Shown here piece by piece: positions 50,270-63,519 of a stretch of 64,000 nucleotides of DNA. Below the pieces are notes generated by a model. It had not been told where the DNA came from. It worked only from the letters and a program-made list of their open reading frames with translations, and did not search any database. The stretch comes from Tricharina praecox. Its lineage: Eukaryota. Each line of letters begins with the position of its first letter. Position 1 is the first letter of the stretch. Made by a program: the position numbers and the translations under genes. The DNA lies in assembly GCF_024521635.1 (NCBI RefSeq), contig NW_026250405.1, positions 1,054,001 through 1,118,000 on the forward strand. The letters are read 5' to 3'.

Positions 50270-52799
50270 GGCTGGCATACCGACCTACATACGGCATACA
50301 TAGTGCACATGTTTTTGCTTGGGGGTTTTTGGGTACCTTTGTTGATTTTGCGGGAGTTGTACGGATATCGGATGTTGCGACAAGCCGGGGTTCAGGGGTC
50401 TAGGCTACTTAGGACCGCGCCGACCGGATGTAACGACCACCGAGATCGGTGGGGGCTGCAAGCACGACACACGACACAGCACCACCTCGACATGGAATAC
50501 GTACGCTCGTCGCGCACATGGGCATCAAGAGAGAGAGCTCCACCCATCCCATCGGCACGACGGGCGGAAACATCTCCGTCGGTCGAACGAGGCATTTCCA
50601 AGTTCAGTTCAGTTCCAAGCTTCTAAGTTCAAGTTGTGTCTCCGCTTTACACGGTGGCGCTCTCGACCTTGCACGCATCATTCACTACTGTACTGGGCGC
50701 GCGACCCCTCTATTCTCAACCCGAAACGCACTTTAGCCGTGCCTTTGCCCCACCAATCCCGGCGGATCGCTTTCAACCTCTTTGCTTTTTTCTTCTTCTG
50801 CTTCTCTCGTCTTCTTCCAAACGTTCCTTCATCTTCTTCCAAACGTTCCTTCATCTTTGCATCATCGAGCACACTTGCATTACATTTTTTTTTTTTCTTT
50901 CGGATTTTTCACATTATTTCATATCTATGGGAGCATTTTCTGTTGGCGACACACAAAAGGCGTTTTTTTTATTTATTGTATATTTTTTTGGGGCCGTGAC
51001 GGGCAGGTGGTTTTGGCTTTTTGGTTTTTGGTTTTTTTTCCTATTTGTTGTACTTTTATCCCCATCTGTTTCCGCCCCATCTAGACTTTGTCACGAATCT
51101 CGTTTGTCCCGTCTGCGGAGTTTTCTAGGGGAAAAGGACTTGTTTGGCTGGGCGGGCGGGGATGGGGCGGCGGCAAGGGCGGGCGACTGGGCGACTGAGC
51201 GACTCGGCGACTCGGCGACTCGGCGGGGATAGGGTGGGGGAACGGACCGACCGGACCTCCTTGTTCATAGAACGAAGCTCGTACTATATATACGGCGACT
51301 TGGTGTGTGGCTGTATCATAGATAGCACGGGGGATCACGCAAGCAGAGCATGTACTGTAGAGTATGTAGAGTAGAGTAGAACAGTGTACTGTACATAGCA
51401 AGCAAGCAAGCAAATGCAAATAACTAGCGATGGCAAGCAAGCATCGTCGCCGTCGTCGTCGTCGTCATGAGGGTGATCTCATCATTATCATCATCATCGT
51501 AGGTAATCAACCTCAGCACCACCACATCATGGTCATCATCACCTCATCATCGCCCTCACTGCCTTTCACAAGCAAGGCACAGGCACGGGCCACGCTTCCT
51601 CCTGTACCCACTCTACCTACTCTACTCGCAGCCCACCCTCTTATTAATTATCCCACCAGCGATCTAGAATCTGGATTCCGACCATGTTTCTTTCCGCCGT
51701 GTGGGTCGGGTCAGGTAGGTCTTGATCTTGCGCCGGGAAGACGACGCGACGCGATCCCTGCAGTTGCAGTTGCTTGCAGTTGCAGGTAGATATATACCGG
51801 CTTTGCTGCAAAGCTGCCAGGGACCGGCGATTGGTGCGTGGACGGTGCGCGAGCGACAGCTCACATCATCGGTCGCTCGGTCGCTCGGTCGGCGGTCGGC
51901 GGTCGGTCGCGTTGCGTGCGTTGCACTGGCGATCACGACAACTAACTAACTAATCACCTCACGACGAAGGTTCCATGGTTTTGGAGAACCGGAGGGAGTT
52001 TCGGAGGCTGTGGAGAGCCTGGAGTGCCTGGAGAGGATTTCGGAGAGGACAAGGCGGGCGGGGTTTTCGGGGTATGGGGTGGGTACTTGGGTATTTGGGT
52101 ACTTGGACTTGGGTACTTGGACTTGGGTAATAGGGTACATGCCGGGGAACTTGGAGTGCTTGGAGCGCATGCCGAGGATCTTGGAGTGCTTGGAGAGCTT
52201 GGCTTGGAATGCTTGGAGTGGGGACGTGTGTGGTCACTGGTGGTGGGAAGCGTGGATGGTGCGTGGATGGTGTGGCTTGTAGCTTGGAAGTTGGGGGACA
52301 AGGAAAGCGTTTGTTTGCGTCTCGTGTCGACTGTGCACAGGTTTCTCTCCTCCGCGGTTTCTATTGGATGGCACAAAGACGAGTGACGAAGCAGGCTGAC
52401 ACCTGAGATCGATGAGATCGATAGCCGATATCTATGTAAATATGACGCCATTCGCATACCAAGGTACCGTACGTAGCGGTTTCTGCAGAAGCCGGACGAA
52501 CAAGATAGTCGAACACGCGCAGCCTGCACGCAGCGGATATAAAACAAACTCTCGACGCTACCACGTCGGAAGCGCCACAGTCATCATATCGCCATCACCG
52601 ATAATCAACCATCGCTAACCCGAACCGAAGATCACCATCACCATCACCATCACTATCGTAAGCTAGCTACCGGTATCGTACTCTATCACCACGCGGGAAA
52701 TCAGCTAGAAAAATCGCCCGACATACCTAAGCGAGGATAGTCGTCGGATTCAACATCAAACCTCCATCGTAATCGTTAGCAGCATCATCAGCAGCAATC

Positions 52800-53524
52800 A
52801 TGGCATCCTACATCCCCGAGCCAGTGAAGCGACAAGTGAACGCCCTAAACGATACCTACAACCCTCTCAGCGCGGCGCAGCAGCCATCTCAAGCGCACGG
52901 GAAATATAGCTACGCCAAAGGTGGCTATTCTCCCCCTCCGTCTTCAATCTCCTCATTCCACTAACATCAACAGGAATCGCCTACCAATCCTACGGCGAAG
53001 CCGCGCAGTCGCCATCATGGATCGGCTCGGGGGCACAGCTAAAAGCGGCGGGAGTGATGGAGATGCAAGCGGCGGCGGCGGGCAAGACGGCGCGGGAGTT
53101 CACCGAGATGCTGCGGAGTGGAGATCCGGGCGTCGAGGAGGCTGCTCGGATGGGCGTGGATATGGCCGGCGAGGCGGGGAAGGGACTGGGAGACGGGGTG
53201 AAGATGGTGGGCGGCGGGGTGGGGAGCGTGGGGAGTGTGCTCGCCGAGAAGGGGACGGATGTGGGGAGGGGGACGCTGGGAGTGGGGCAGGATGTGGGGA
53301 AGGGACTGGGTGAGGGCGTGAAGGGTGTTGGAGAGGAGGTAGGAGGCGGGTTGGGGAAGGGAGCTGGTGCCGTTGGTGACGGGGTGGGGAAGGGACTGGG
53401 TGAGGGCGTGAAGGGTGTTGGAGAGGAGGTAGGAGGCGGGTTGGGGAAGGGAGCTGGTGCCGTTGGTGACGGGGTGGGGAAGGGACTTGGAGGGATGGGT
53501 CTTGGTTCCTGGGGGAGGAGATGA
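52800..53524 (+). CDS. CsbD-like stress protein with Gly-rich repeat tail, about 223 aa
   Basis: Exons 52800-52920 and 52974-53524 (intron GTGGCT..ACTAAC..CAG). QPSQAHGKYSYAKGIAYQSYGEAAQSPSWIGSGAQLKAAGVMEMQAA resembles fungal CsbD-like domains (from recall). Perfect 90-nt internal duplication. TATAAAA at 52538. Confidence 0.7.
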
Positions 53525-54543
53525 TTATAGAGGGATTCAGAGAGTTGGAAGAGAGGTGGGACGCTGTCTGGGGAAGGGAAGGGAGCAGGTGCAGTCGGCG
53601 ACGGGGTGAGTAACGGACTCGGTCGTGCGGAAGGAGATGGTTATACAGCAAGCCCCATTTTACTCCTTCCTACCTACTCACCTAGATATCTACCGGATGT
53701 AGCGAAGATGGCTTTTTCTGTCATGTTTTTAGTAGATAGCTTACCTAATACCCAACTTGATTTTGTCTGTTGTCGAAGTTCATGCCTCGATTCCACAGTG
53801 AGGTGAGATTTGGTTTCCATGTCATCACTCGGATCGGACATCCGTGATCTCTCAGCAATAGTTACTACCGGTACTCTACTTGGAGTATATCCGCGGCCAG
53901 CCGCGGCGCATTCGTGTCGGCCGACAGAACTCACAGAACTCGTCGGAAAGACATTTCATACGGGGCGAATTCTCATCACAGCTAGAGTGTTTGGTGGTGC
54001 CGTGGCATTCTGCGGTACCGTATGCAGCCTTTCGATTTCGTCGGGGGAGGGAGAGATGCCATGTACGGCTGTACGAGACACGAACAGCACTCGGATAGGT
54101 ACAACTGGGTACATCTCGCTTCCTTCCCAGCAGAACGGGGAATCTGCGGTACATGGTTGGTAGCTCGTTCCCGTGTACCGGAACTCTGTGGTCCAGAACA
54201 TGCAGCCAGTCCAGCATTCCCAGCACCCGCCAACCACGCCAATATCTAATGCATTTCTGGATCAAGTTTTTTCTATGTACTTTTCTTTTTTCCTCTCCGT
54301 TGTCACTTGTCAGGCCAGAAGCAGGCAGTGTGCCTTCAGCCCTCCGCCGACAAGCCAGCCATTAGGCGGCCTTGTACCGCTAGTAGTTGTGTCCTCACTG
54401 GTGCATTCGCTTCCCAGATAGTTGCCGGTATCTAGATTCGGGAGTAGCGAGCGGCGGCACCTGACGTCACAGCCACTCCATGGTTACCAGTACATACGGT
54501 ACTCGCACTTGTATCCGCTGGCCACACGGAGTGATTATCTTGG

Positions 54544-54660
54544 TAGTTGTCAAGCCACACACGGTGATCATCGCGACCTCACCAGGTGCTAGTAGACACT
54601 AGTTGCGAAGCCACACGCAGTGGTCATCACGACCTCACTACTAGGTACCGAGCCACTCCA
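54544..54660. repeat. ~56-bp tandem repeat, 2 copies
   Basis: TAGTTG..AAGCCACAC.C.GTG.TCATC.CGACCTCAC occurs twice. Confidence 0.75.
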
Positions 54661-54845
54661 AGAACCCGACAAGACAAATCAAGCATTCCTGCCCGGATCT
54701 GCAGCACTATAACTAACATAACCGAGCCGAAGCACCTTCTGCATTCCGCCCAGCTTCTTGCCTCGCAGCACAAAACCAACATCACCCTTAAAATCAACAA
54801 CAGAGACACAAATATTCCCACACTCTACCGCACGAATCCATCGCC

Positions 54846-55166
54846 ATGTCGACCGGCATTCCCAACCTCAGCAACCTCAAGCCTTCGCACTCATCCTCGT
54901 CCTCATCCTCGTCTGCGAGCGCACAGAAGTCGCCGTCCTCCATGAAGGGCCGCGCAAAGTATGCAAAAGGCGTGATCGACGTGCGTCCATATCCCTGCAC
55001 CCCCATATTTTCTCATTGTATGTATGTATAGCTGATGCATGTGCTCCCGGCGGCACTGCAGGAGGTGATTGGCAGGAAGAGCGCAGGCGCGGTTAACAAG
55101 GCCAACGGTGTGGCCGAGATGCAGGCCACGAAGGAGCCGGGCGATCGTGGGATGGAAAGAAGGTGA
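54846..55166 (+). CDS. Small CsbD-like protein, 79 aa, paralogue of the 52800 gene
   Basis: Exons 54846-54980 and 55062-55166 (GTGCGT..GCTGAT..CAG, phase 0). The spliced product is PSSMKGRAKYAKGVID|EVIGRKSAGAVNKANGVAEMQATKE. Confidence 0.65.
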
Positions 55167-56984
55167 TGGGGACGGAAAAGAGGACGGTTGGGGGGGGGGG
55201 GGGGGGGGGGGGGCGGGTGTGTCTCGTCGAGGCGAAGGAAAGCTGTGCGTGTGCGTTGGCCATCGGTGGCGAGAGGAATAACTGCCCACGGAGATGTTGT
55301 TGTTGGAGTAGATTTGCAATGGTTGTTGTTTTCTTACACCATGCAAAATGTGAATGGCAGTTGCCAGTCTGCTCATCCGGCGTATCCCGCGCCGGCATCG
55401 TGTCTTTGCATTGAATTCAAGGCCAAACCCCTTTCATCCCATTGAAGCTCCCAACATATCACTGCGCATGTTCAGCCGTTCCTTCAGGGGGTACTGGTAC
55501 CTACCTGGCAATCCACGGAAGTTCCCTGTTCCGTCGGACTGACTGTGCTTTACTTCCCACAGTACCGGTTGGTATGAAGGGGGCGTACCTATAGTTGGTA
55601 GATACTTTTAGGTATCCTCCGAACGGGGTGGGGATATGGCGGACTGGGCACGCAGAAAGGCCGGATCCTTCTAAGTTCTGGTTTCTCGAGATATCTACCA
55701 GAAATTCGTGGTCGATTCTACCGTCTACGGCTTGGGATGATTTTGCCCGCCGTCGCACGCACCGCCGTTGGGTTCAGGTGGACAAGCAAAGTGCGTTTGT
55801 AGTAGGTACATAGATTGTTGAGCTCGCGGCATCAACTGAAAGCGGCCGGCGATCGGAATGGCATGTCCGTCCGATTCAGGCCACCACAGAGGCAACAGTC
55901 ATTTCTATGACAAGATACCGAGATCGGTAGCCAGGCGAAGACGCCACCGCGCCCTCCGGCGAAACCGTACGTAGAGTACTCTAGAGGGGGCGTACGGTGT
56001 AGTATGTACCGCGGGACATGCCACCGGCGAGAGTCAGTTGGGTGTAAGAATACGACGGTGTGTGTCACTGTGACACCACAGGACGGCCTTCATAGGGGTA
56101 TCTCGAGTCTTTGCATTCAGCTGATCACGAACACCGACTGACCGACCCGGCTCAACTAGAACCTATAACCTACCCCGGCCTTGATCGACCCGGCATACGT
56201 GCGGTGAACTGGACACTGCCACTAACGTATAAGTCTATTTCCTCGTCTAACACTTCGAGGACGGCATTGACTTCGATTGCAGATTGATGGGCCATGATTG
56301 GCCCGTCAGCCATCGCTTCGCTTCCCCACCAATCCGGAATCTTGGCAGTGGAGATTGGGCCCAACGAACAAGCTCTTTCTGCAGGGGGCGGCCTGATCAC
56401 ACCCACTCTTCATGCGGAAAAAGGCACAGCATCTACATGGAGCGACTACCAATGGGACAGGGCTGACACCCTTAGTCACCAATAAACGTCCACCTGCGCC
56501 GAGCAAGTAGGTAGCTATGCGGCTGAATCCCCTGAATTGAGATCTTCAATGCCGTGGGTGGTGCATGCAGCCCTTCCAATTTCCGTGCTGTTCACGGCGC
56601 GACAACTACTCGGAAGCAGAGGAGGAAGAAGAAGAAGAAAACATCATTCGGCCAGCAGGACGGTTCGCGGCGGGAGACCTCAACCTTCGCTAGTGCCCTC
56701 TCCTCCCGTTTGTTGGTCAATCCCAATCCTTGTATCATGCCATCTCACGTGGAGGCAGACTGCCGGGCTTTGGACGAAGCTGTGCGCTACTGACCTGGGC
56801 ATCGTGAGAGAAGACACTCGGTGGATTCTGTATATAAGGACTCCGGACAGTCCTCCTCAATTAAACCTCACCAACCTGATCATCCATCCACATCCCCTGA
56901 CAGCTTCTCCACTGCTCCATACTCCATACATACTCTCTAATCTTTAATCAACTCCCCTCAACTTCCTCCCACAAAACAATCATC

Positions 56985-57788
56985 ATGCGCGCTGCTACCC
57001 TCCTCTTCCTCGTCTCCGCAACCGTCGGATTCGCCGCCGCCAACCCGGTGGCCGACGAGTACTACGACAAGAAGCACGTCTCGTATGTCGAGCCCAAGAA
57101 GAACACCTACTACGAGGCCCCCAAGAAGACCTACGTCGATGACACCAAGAAGAACTACGTCGATGACTCCAAGAAGAACTACGTCGAGCCCAAGAAGAAC
57201 ACCTACTACGAGGCCCCGAAGAAGCACTACGTCGAGCCCAAGAAGAACACCTACTACGAGGCCCCGAAGAAGCACTACGTCGAGCCCAAGAAGAACACCT
57301 ACTACGAGGCCCCGAAGAAGCACTACGTCGAGCCTAAGAAGAACACCTACTACGAGGCACCCAAGAAGCACTACGTAGCTCCCTCCAAGAACTCGTACTA
57401 CGAGGCCCCCAGGAAGCACTACGTCGCCCCCAAGAAGAACACCTACTACGAGGCACCCAAGAAGCACTACGTCGCTCCTAAGAAGCACACCTACTACGAG
57501 GCGCCCAAGAAGCACTACGTCGCTCCCAAGAAGCACTACGCTCCCTCGAAGTCGTACGCTCCCGCCAAGTACGAGGCCCCCAAGAAGTACACCCCCAATA
57601 AGCAGGACGACCACAAGCACGACCACGACCACTCCGACGATGAGTACGATCACTCCGATGACGAGCATGATCACTCCGACGACGAGTACGACTCCGACGA
57701 TGACTCCGACGACGAGTACGAGCACGACAACGACCACAAGAAGTCGACTTACACCAAGAAGGCTCCGGTCAAGAAGACCTACTACTAG
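56985..57788 (+). CDS. Secreted Tyr/Lys/Pro-rich tandem-repeat protein with Asp/His-rich tail, 267 aa
   Basis: Signal peptide MRAATLLFLVSATVGFAAANP, about 8 copies of HYVEPKKNTYYEAPKK (48 nt), strong C/G third-position bias, TATATAA at 56831. Confidence 0.92.
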   Translation: MRAATLLFLVSATVGFAAANPVADEYYDKKHVSYVEPKKNTYYEAPKKTYVDDTKKNYVDDSKKNYVEPKKNTYYEAPKKHYVEPKKNTYYEAPKKHYVEPKKNTYYEAPKKHYVEPKKNTYYEAPKKHYVAPSKNSYYEAPRKHYVAPKKNTYYEAPKKHYVAPKKHTYYEAPKKHYVAPKKHYAPSKSYAPAKYEAPKKYTPNKQDDHKHDHDHSDDEYDHSDDEHDHSDDEYDSDDDSDDEYEHDNDHKKSTYTKKAPVKKTYY

Positions 57789-58228
57789 ATTTTCTTTGTG
57801 TGCACGGGTGAGAGGGATAGGATTGGCTGGATTGGGGGTTGTTTATCTGGTGAAAGGGTCTGGCATTGATGGGTTGGGATGGGGTATGATGACGGGTGGG
57901 GTCTAATGTTTAGTTTGGCTTGGTGGATATTTAATGATAATATATCTTTTCTGGTATATGTTTGCATGGTTTGGGGGTTGTCGGGATTCAATTGACTTCA
58001 CTTGAAATCGTGCTATGTTCGGCGAGTGAGACGGTGAAGCATGAGTCCATAACTTGCTTGATACTATTACGAGTTTGCCATACGGCTTAGGGAAGCCAGA
58101 TCAAAAAAAAATCGTCCCATCAGAAATCCTGCCAAGTAAAAGGAAATAAGTCCACCCAACCAGCCCAAGTTCCTTGTCCATAGATATATGCCATTCTTTA
58201 CGTCTCGCAGCCCGATTCCGCCCATAAT

Positions 58229-58965
58229 TCAAGCCTGCTGGATAGCCAGCACGACATCGATACACGGATTCTCTGTTTACGCCACTCAGTTCAACCCCGT
58301 CTAACTTGGGGCGTTCGGTTGCTCACGGTTTTCAAAAGCCGGCTTGACGGATAGGTCATACGTTCCGGCCCTATCCTGGGCGACGCAGAAGGCTGTCGAG
58401 ATTACCACGTCCCATCATCAGTATGTCACGTGCCGGCCCAAAAAGCTCAGAGGAGGAGGAGGAGAAGGAGGAGGAGGAGGAGGATCAAGATCTCGAACGT
58501 ACTCAGGCCCGTCTGCCCGCCGGACTGCGGAACCACCACGATCTGCTGCGTGCCGTTCTCGTCGCACGTCCAGTGCGCCACGACACTCAGCTCCTCGCCG
58601 CCGGCGGACGAGAACCGCAGGTACCGGAAGACCTCCGCCGGCGGCACGAACTGCGTGATCCCGACGTAGCTCTTCCCTCCGTAGGCCTGCAGGTAGAGTC
58701 TGTTGTTGGTCATCCTGAGCTTCGTGAGAGCCGCGCCAGTGCCGGAGGCGGACCCGGCGATGACGGAGCGGTAGAGCGTCGGCTGGATCTGGATGAAGTT
58801 GATGGGCGTCTTGTGGAAGCTGAAGCTGGAGTTTTGCACGTTCACGGTGAAGTCGTAGCCGAGCCCGTTGTAGAGGATCAACGGGACGTTGCAGGGCTTC
58901 GGCTGCGTCTGCGCGGCGCCGAGGGCGGCCAGGATGGCGAAGAGGAAAGTGCAGAGGAGATACAT
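58229..58965 (-). CDS. Small secreted protein, 190 aa, 4 Cys in the mature part
   Basis: Exons 58965-58503, 58392-58327 and 58272-58229 (donors GTACGT and GTGAGC; CAG acceptors) give ...GQTGLTFCVAQDRAGTYDLSVKPAFENQNPCIDVVLAIQQA*. Signal peptide. TATAAA about 135 bp upstream. Confidence 0.8.
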
Positions 58966-60734
58966 CCTGGCGGTGGCGCTGAAGTGTATCGCGTTGGAAA
59001 AAATTAAAAATAGTTTGAGGCTTGCTGGTAGTTCTCGCTGAGACGGTAGTCTGATGGTTTCGATGTCATGATCCAGTGGTGCCGGTGGGGGAGCTCTTTA
59101 TACCTCAATACTTTCGAACAGCAGATGGTGAGTGGAGAAGAGCCCCTTCCTTCTCACTCGTGCACTTCCCCGCCCGACGAGTTTTCATGACAATCGACTG
59201 GTGATCTATTAAAAGTGAAAATTGTTTGACGGCGGGCCAGCGATCCAAGGTGATGTTGATGCGTATGTACGGTCTCGTATCGAATACGATACTTGGCTGC
59301 GGGTGTGGTACAGAGTGACCAATTAAACCGGATCGTCGTCACGATGCGTCGCAGGAGAACGGTAGAAGCTATTCTTAACCATGGGATCGGATCCGTACCC
59401 GAAGCTTCTTTCTCGACCAAAGTTCCTCATCGGAGACGAACGACATGTGTATGCGCTCTTTACTTGATCGATCCTGCGTAAGGTTTCGGTTCCTCATTTT
59501 CGTATTTCAGCCCCAGCTGAAGATACTTTGGAAAAGATCGACATACAGATCTAAACTTTGTTCTACCTGTAGTTTTCTTTACTTTGCGATACCTGTATGT
59601 AATTGCAAGTGGCTTCGTGGATGATTGTCCTTCGGATCGAAGACGAATCTGCGGGTACGAGCTGAATATAGAACAGACAGCTTCACATATTCGACGTGGC
59701 CCTTTCTCCTTCCGTTTGTCCGCCAAAGCAGCATCGATACTACCCCAAACTGCCCATCTACGGTCCTTCATCCACCATGTAATCCCTTCGCATCCAAGAG
59801 ACCAATGGAATCGAAACTGAAAGCGGGAAGAATATGGTCGTACCACAATCATCAACTATCACTCACTATGGCTTTCGGTAGCTGGATTGTCCGGTGAATA
59901 TCTAGCAGAAAAATCCGAAAAGAAGCAGTAAGTGGAGTATCCGAGTGGAAGTGCAGGGAGTGGGAGGAGAGACAGGCGGGGACGCGGCGAGAGGAGGATG
60001 AGGGCACTGAGTTTGACGGGCCGGGGTCACTCCCGCTGTTTCTCCCCATACCCTGCTTATGGCATCTCCTGATCAAGAAGCAGGGGGCGATGCGAATTGA
60101 GGAGCGGGGCTTTCTATTCCTAGATTTGTTTTCTTGTTGCGCTTGACCTATATCTTCTGGAAGGCGAGGGCGAAGGGTAGAGGAAGCCACATCGGGCCGC
60201 TTGACGAAAGTTGAGTTGGACAGTGGACATGGGAAGGCAGTGTGTACATACATTGCCATGATCTAGATAGGTCACATGCAATCAATGATACGAAAAAAAA
60301 ACATAGTAGAGGAATCGCGCATACAATTAATGAGTAAACAAACAAAAATAGCAGAGAAAATGGATTATTCTAGATTATGTAGGTCGCATGCAAGATGAAT
60401 CATCATCAGCCGAGGGATCAGATCCGGCGAATAGGGGTTTTTATCGCGTGTAAACACAAGGATGAAGATCCCTCCGGTTAGTTCCCTGTAGGAAGTTGGC
60501 ACTCAATTGACATGGTACCAGTAACTACATCGCCGATGGTCAAGATAGAGTGGGTACCTAGTCTCGCGCGCTTCGCAAATTCGAATGATAGGGTTGTCAT
60601 CATCTGGACATATTGATATTTACAGGACTTAAACACACTTCTTCGGCGCTTTGATAATACATCATCTCATCGAGTACAGAGCAAGGTATGCCAGAACTTG
60701 CTCTTCCTCTTTGGTTCCTAGTGAGAATGTCAGT

Positions 60735-62691
60735 TTATAGGCTCGAGTTGGTTTGCAAAGGGGGGAAATATACCTTTTTCTCTCTCACTATTGGCGGGAG
60801 AATCTTCTGAGGGGATGGCGCAGTACGAGGCCGCTGATACCTCATGGAGCTGGAGCCTGGAATCGACAACATCGACTTTACCGGCCTCCGAGCTGCTACC
60901 CCAGGTGCGTGACTGTTTATTAAAAGAAGATTAAAATTGTACATTAGGACACCGAGGTTCTTCCTCAAGGTTGTTGACATGACCTCCATCGACTCGCGCT
61001 GCGCAACATAGCTGTGCCGTCGTAGCGGAGTCCGTGTCTGAACGATGGCCAGGGATTGGGACGACCGATATGCGCGGGGAGGAGGCGTTATCGGAGTTGA
61101 AACAGGCCGGGGTATCTGGAAGAGCATGTCATGTTAGGGGAGTGCGGCCCATAAACAAAGCATTCACGAGCAGCGAATCGACGTATCATACCTCTTCTAC
61201 CTCGTCCTCATTGTCTGCTACCTGCCCTTCCAGCCACGAGAACCATACCGGCGACAGGGAGGATATCCGCCTGGGGAACTTGCGATGTCGATCCGAACCG
61301 GAGCCCGGCTCTGAGGTGCCGCCTAGGCTAAGAGCTTTGGAACGCGGGGGCTCTTGCCCCAGTTGCTGGTGCCAGCTGGAAAGTGTTTCACAGTAGGTAT
61401 ACGCGCCGAGAGAATCGGACCTTCCATCGCTGCCGGCAACCTCCGAATGTACGATAGTTGTCGTATTGCTTCGCACCGAGCTTCGGTCCGAGACGGTCGG
61501 CGACGGGGGAACACAGCGGATGGAATCGCGGTGAGATGTGAAAAAGTCAAGCCGGTACGAGTCGTGCTTTTTCGTAATATTTGGTACAGGTATATCGCTG
61601 TCGCAATCCTGGGTGGGGGCCGAAGCGAATTGCGGACTGGGAAGTTCGGGACTGCCAGGTTCGGGACTGGGTTCAGGGTCAAAGTCGTAGCCAATAGCTT
61701 CGGCATAACAGCGACTGTCTTCCTCCTGCTTGATGCGTCAACATATGCACTGCATGCTGACGAGATGAAGGAAATTGCTTACCCCGTCAAAGTCCCAGTC
61801 GCCGCCAGAAACGTACTGCGTGTCTTTGGTGCAAGTGAAGTCCTGGGAGTCGGGGAAAAGTTCGGTTTCAATAGGAAACTTGTCATCGTTTCGGCCTACC
61901 GGTGGTGGTGGTGGTGCCAGCACCACCGATGTACTACTGTGTTTCTGTGGGAGCGGAATCTGCTCGCTGCCAACTGATTGTCGGAATATCGAAAAATCGT
62001 GATTGCCACTCTGTAGGGGCATGCTCGCAGGTCTTCGCGTCTCTCCTATGCTCCTGTTCATCCCGGCGTCGGGTTTTGATGACGCCTTCCTTAGCATTAT
62101 CGCAAGGGTGGGACTGGTAGGGCGATGCTTGTGCAAACTGGTTGATTTTCGGACGCGATTAGATAACCCATCCGATGGAGTGTCTTCAAGGCTCGACCTT
62201 GAAGATTGCTGTGAAGGGAGCTCTGGTAGAGGCTTTGACGTCCGGTCAAGAGATTGTGTTCGTTGTGTTTTTGGTGAAGAAGTGACGTTCGCTTGAGGTG
62301 TGTGTTGTGGCGGTTCTGAGGAAAGACCGCTCTCTGGTGCATCAGATAGCGTCGATTTGGGCGGCACTGGCATGAGCCCGACCAGCGGTGCCGAGCGATT
62401 ACTGTGTAGAAAGACTGGTGGTTGGTATACCGGCATCCCGTAGAACCCGCAATGAGTGAGAGGTCTCTGTCGTCGTTCCGACGATGGGCGGGGAATGGGA
62501 CTCGAGGGAGGATGAACTTCTGGAACGCGCGGAAGTTTTGCGGTGGCCGGCGGCGGCAGTGGCGACGGTGACAGTGATTGATTCTGCGACCGATAGTTAG
62601 GTATCTCGGCTCCTTTCCAACCCAACAGCCACGACCATGTCCGCCTCCGAGCGGGCGAGTCATCGTCTGGAGGCGTTCGTAGTGACGCCAT
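60735..62691 (-). CDS. Hypothetical S/P-rich protein, about 607 aa
   Basis: Three ORF segments join in frame via introns 61782-61726 (GTAAGC..CAG) and 61191-61116 (GTATGA..CTAAC..CAG). The 3' end is uncertain. Confidence 0.65.
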
Positions 62692-63519
62692 GCATTGAAA
62701 TGGACGAATCCTCAGGTGTATCGTCTGTCAACAGAGAACGAAAAGAGGAGACGATTGCACCGGTTCTTTAATATGAATTATCAGCGACTGCAGGTCGCCG
62801 TGCCCCGGCCGTTTTTGTGGCGGATATATTGATGTTCCTGCATACGGCAGCGCGCCAGGTAGTACCTGCATCCGAAGCCGAGGCCAGCCATCATCCCCAC
62901 CTGCCAAATCATAGTAGCCGATCGAAGGGTTCGGTCGCCAAACGTCGTAGCGTGGGCTATATGACTATTGTATTCTGCGCGATGCGGAAGTCGCCATGGG
63001 TGCGGAGATCATAGTGCGGCGTCCGGTCCCGGTTGAGTCGTTATTCTGGAAGGGAGAAAGGGTCAGGCTGTGCGCGTCTTTTGTCTCGTCAGGCGTTGCC
63101 GCAACCGTAAGAACTAATGGGGGCGGCTGGCTAATGTTCCGAAATTCGAATGTCGGTAGTGGTGGTTCGACCGGGATGACGGCATCTAAATTTAGCCTAT
63201 GTTTATAGATTGCATTGGCCGTTACAATTTACTGGTACTTCTGGGCAGTCGACGTAGAATCGGTGAAACGTACTTGGCTGTTCAATGAAACCTGGAGAGC
63301 CGCTTTGTACTAGGTATTCATGTCGCCTACAAGCACTCGTAAGCCGTTGAGAATGATGAAACATAAAACAACAAAAACAAAGCGGAAGTCACCTTTAGGA
63401 CCGATAATATGATGGAAAGGACCACAAAACATAGCTGGATACGAATTCCCAAAGATAATCCTCCCGCCGGAACAACCATGACCATGTGTCATGCCGCCGA
63501 ACATCAATAAATAATCCCT

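Noticed and set aside
56958..57737. 259-aa Val/Leu/Gly antisense ORF
   Set aside because: Shadow of the biased-codon repeat gene on the plus strand.
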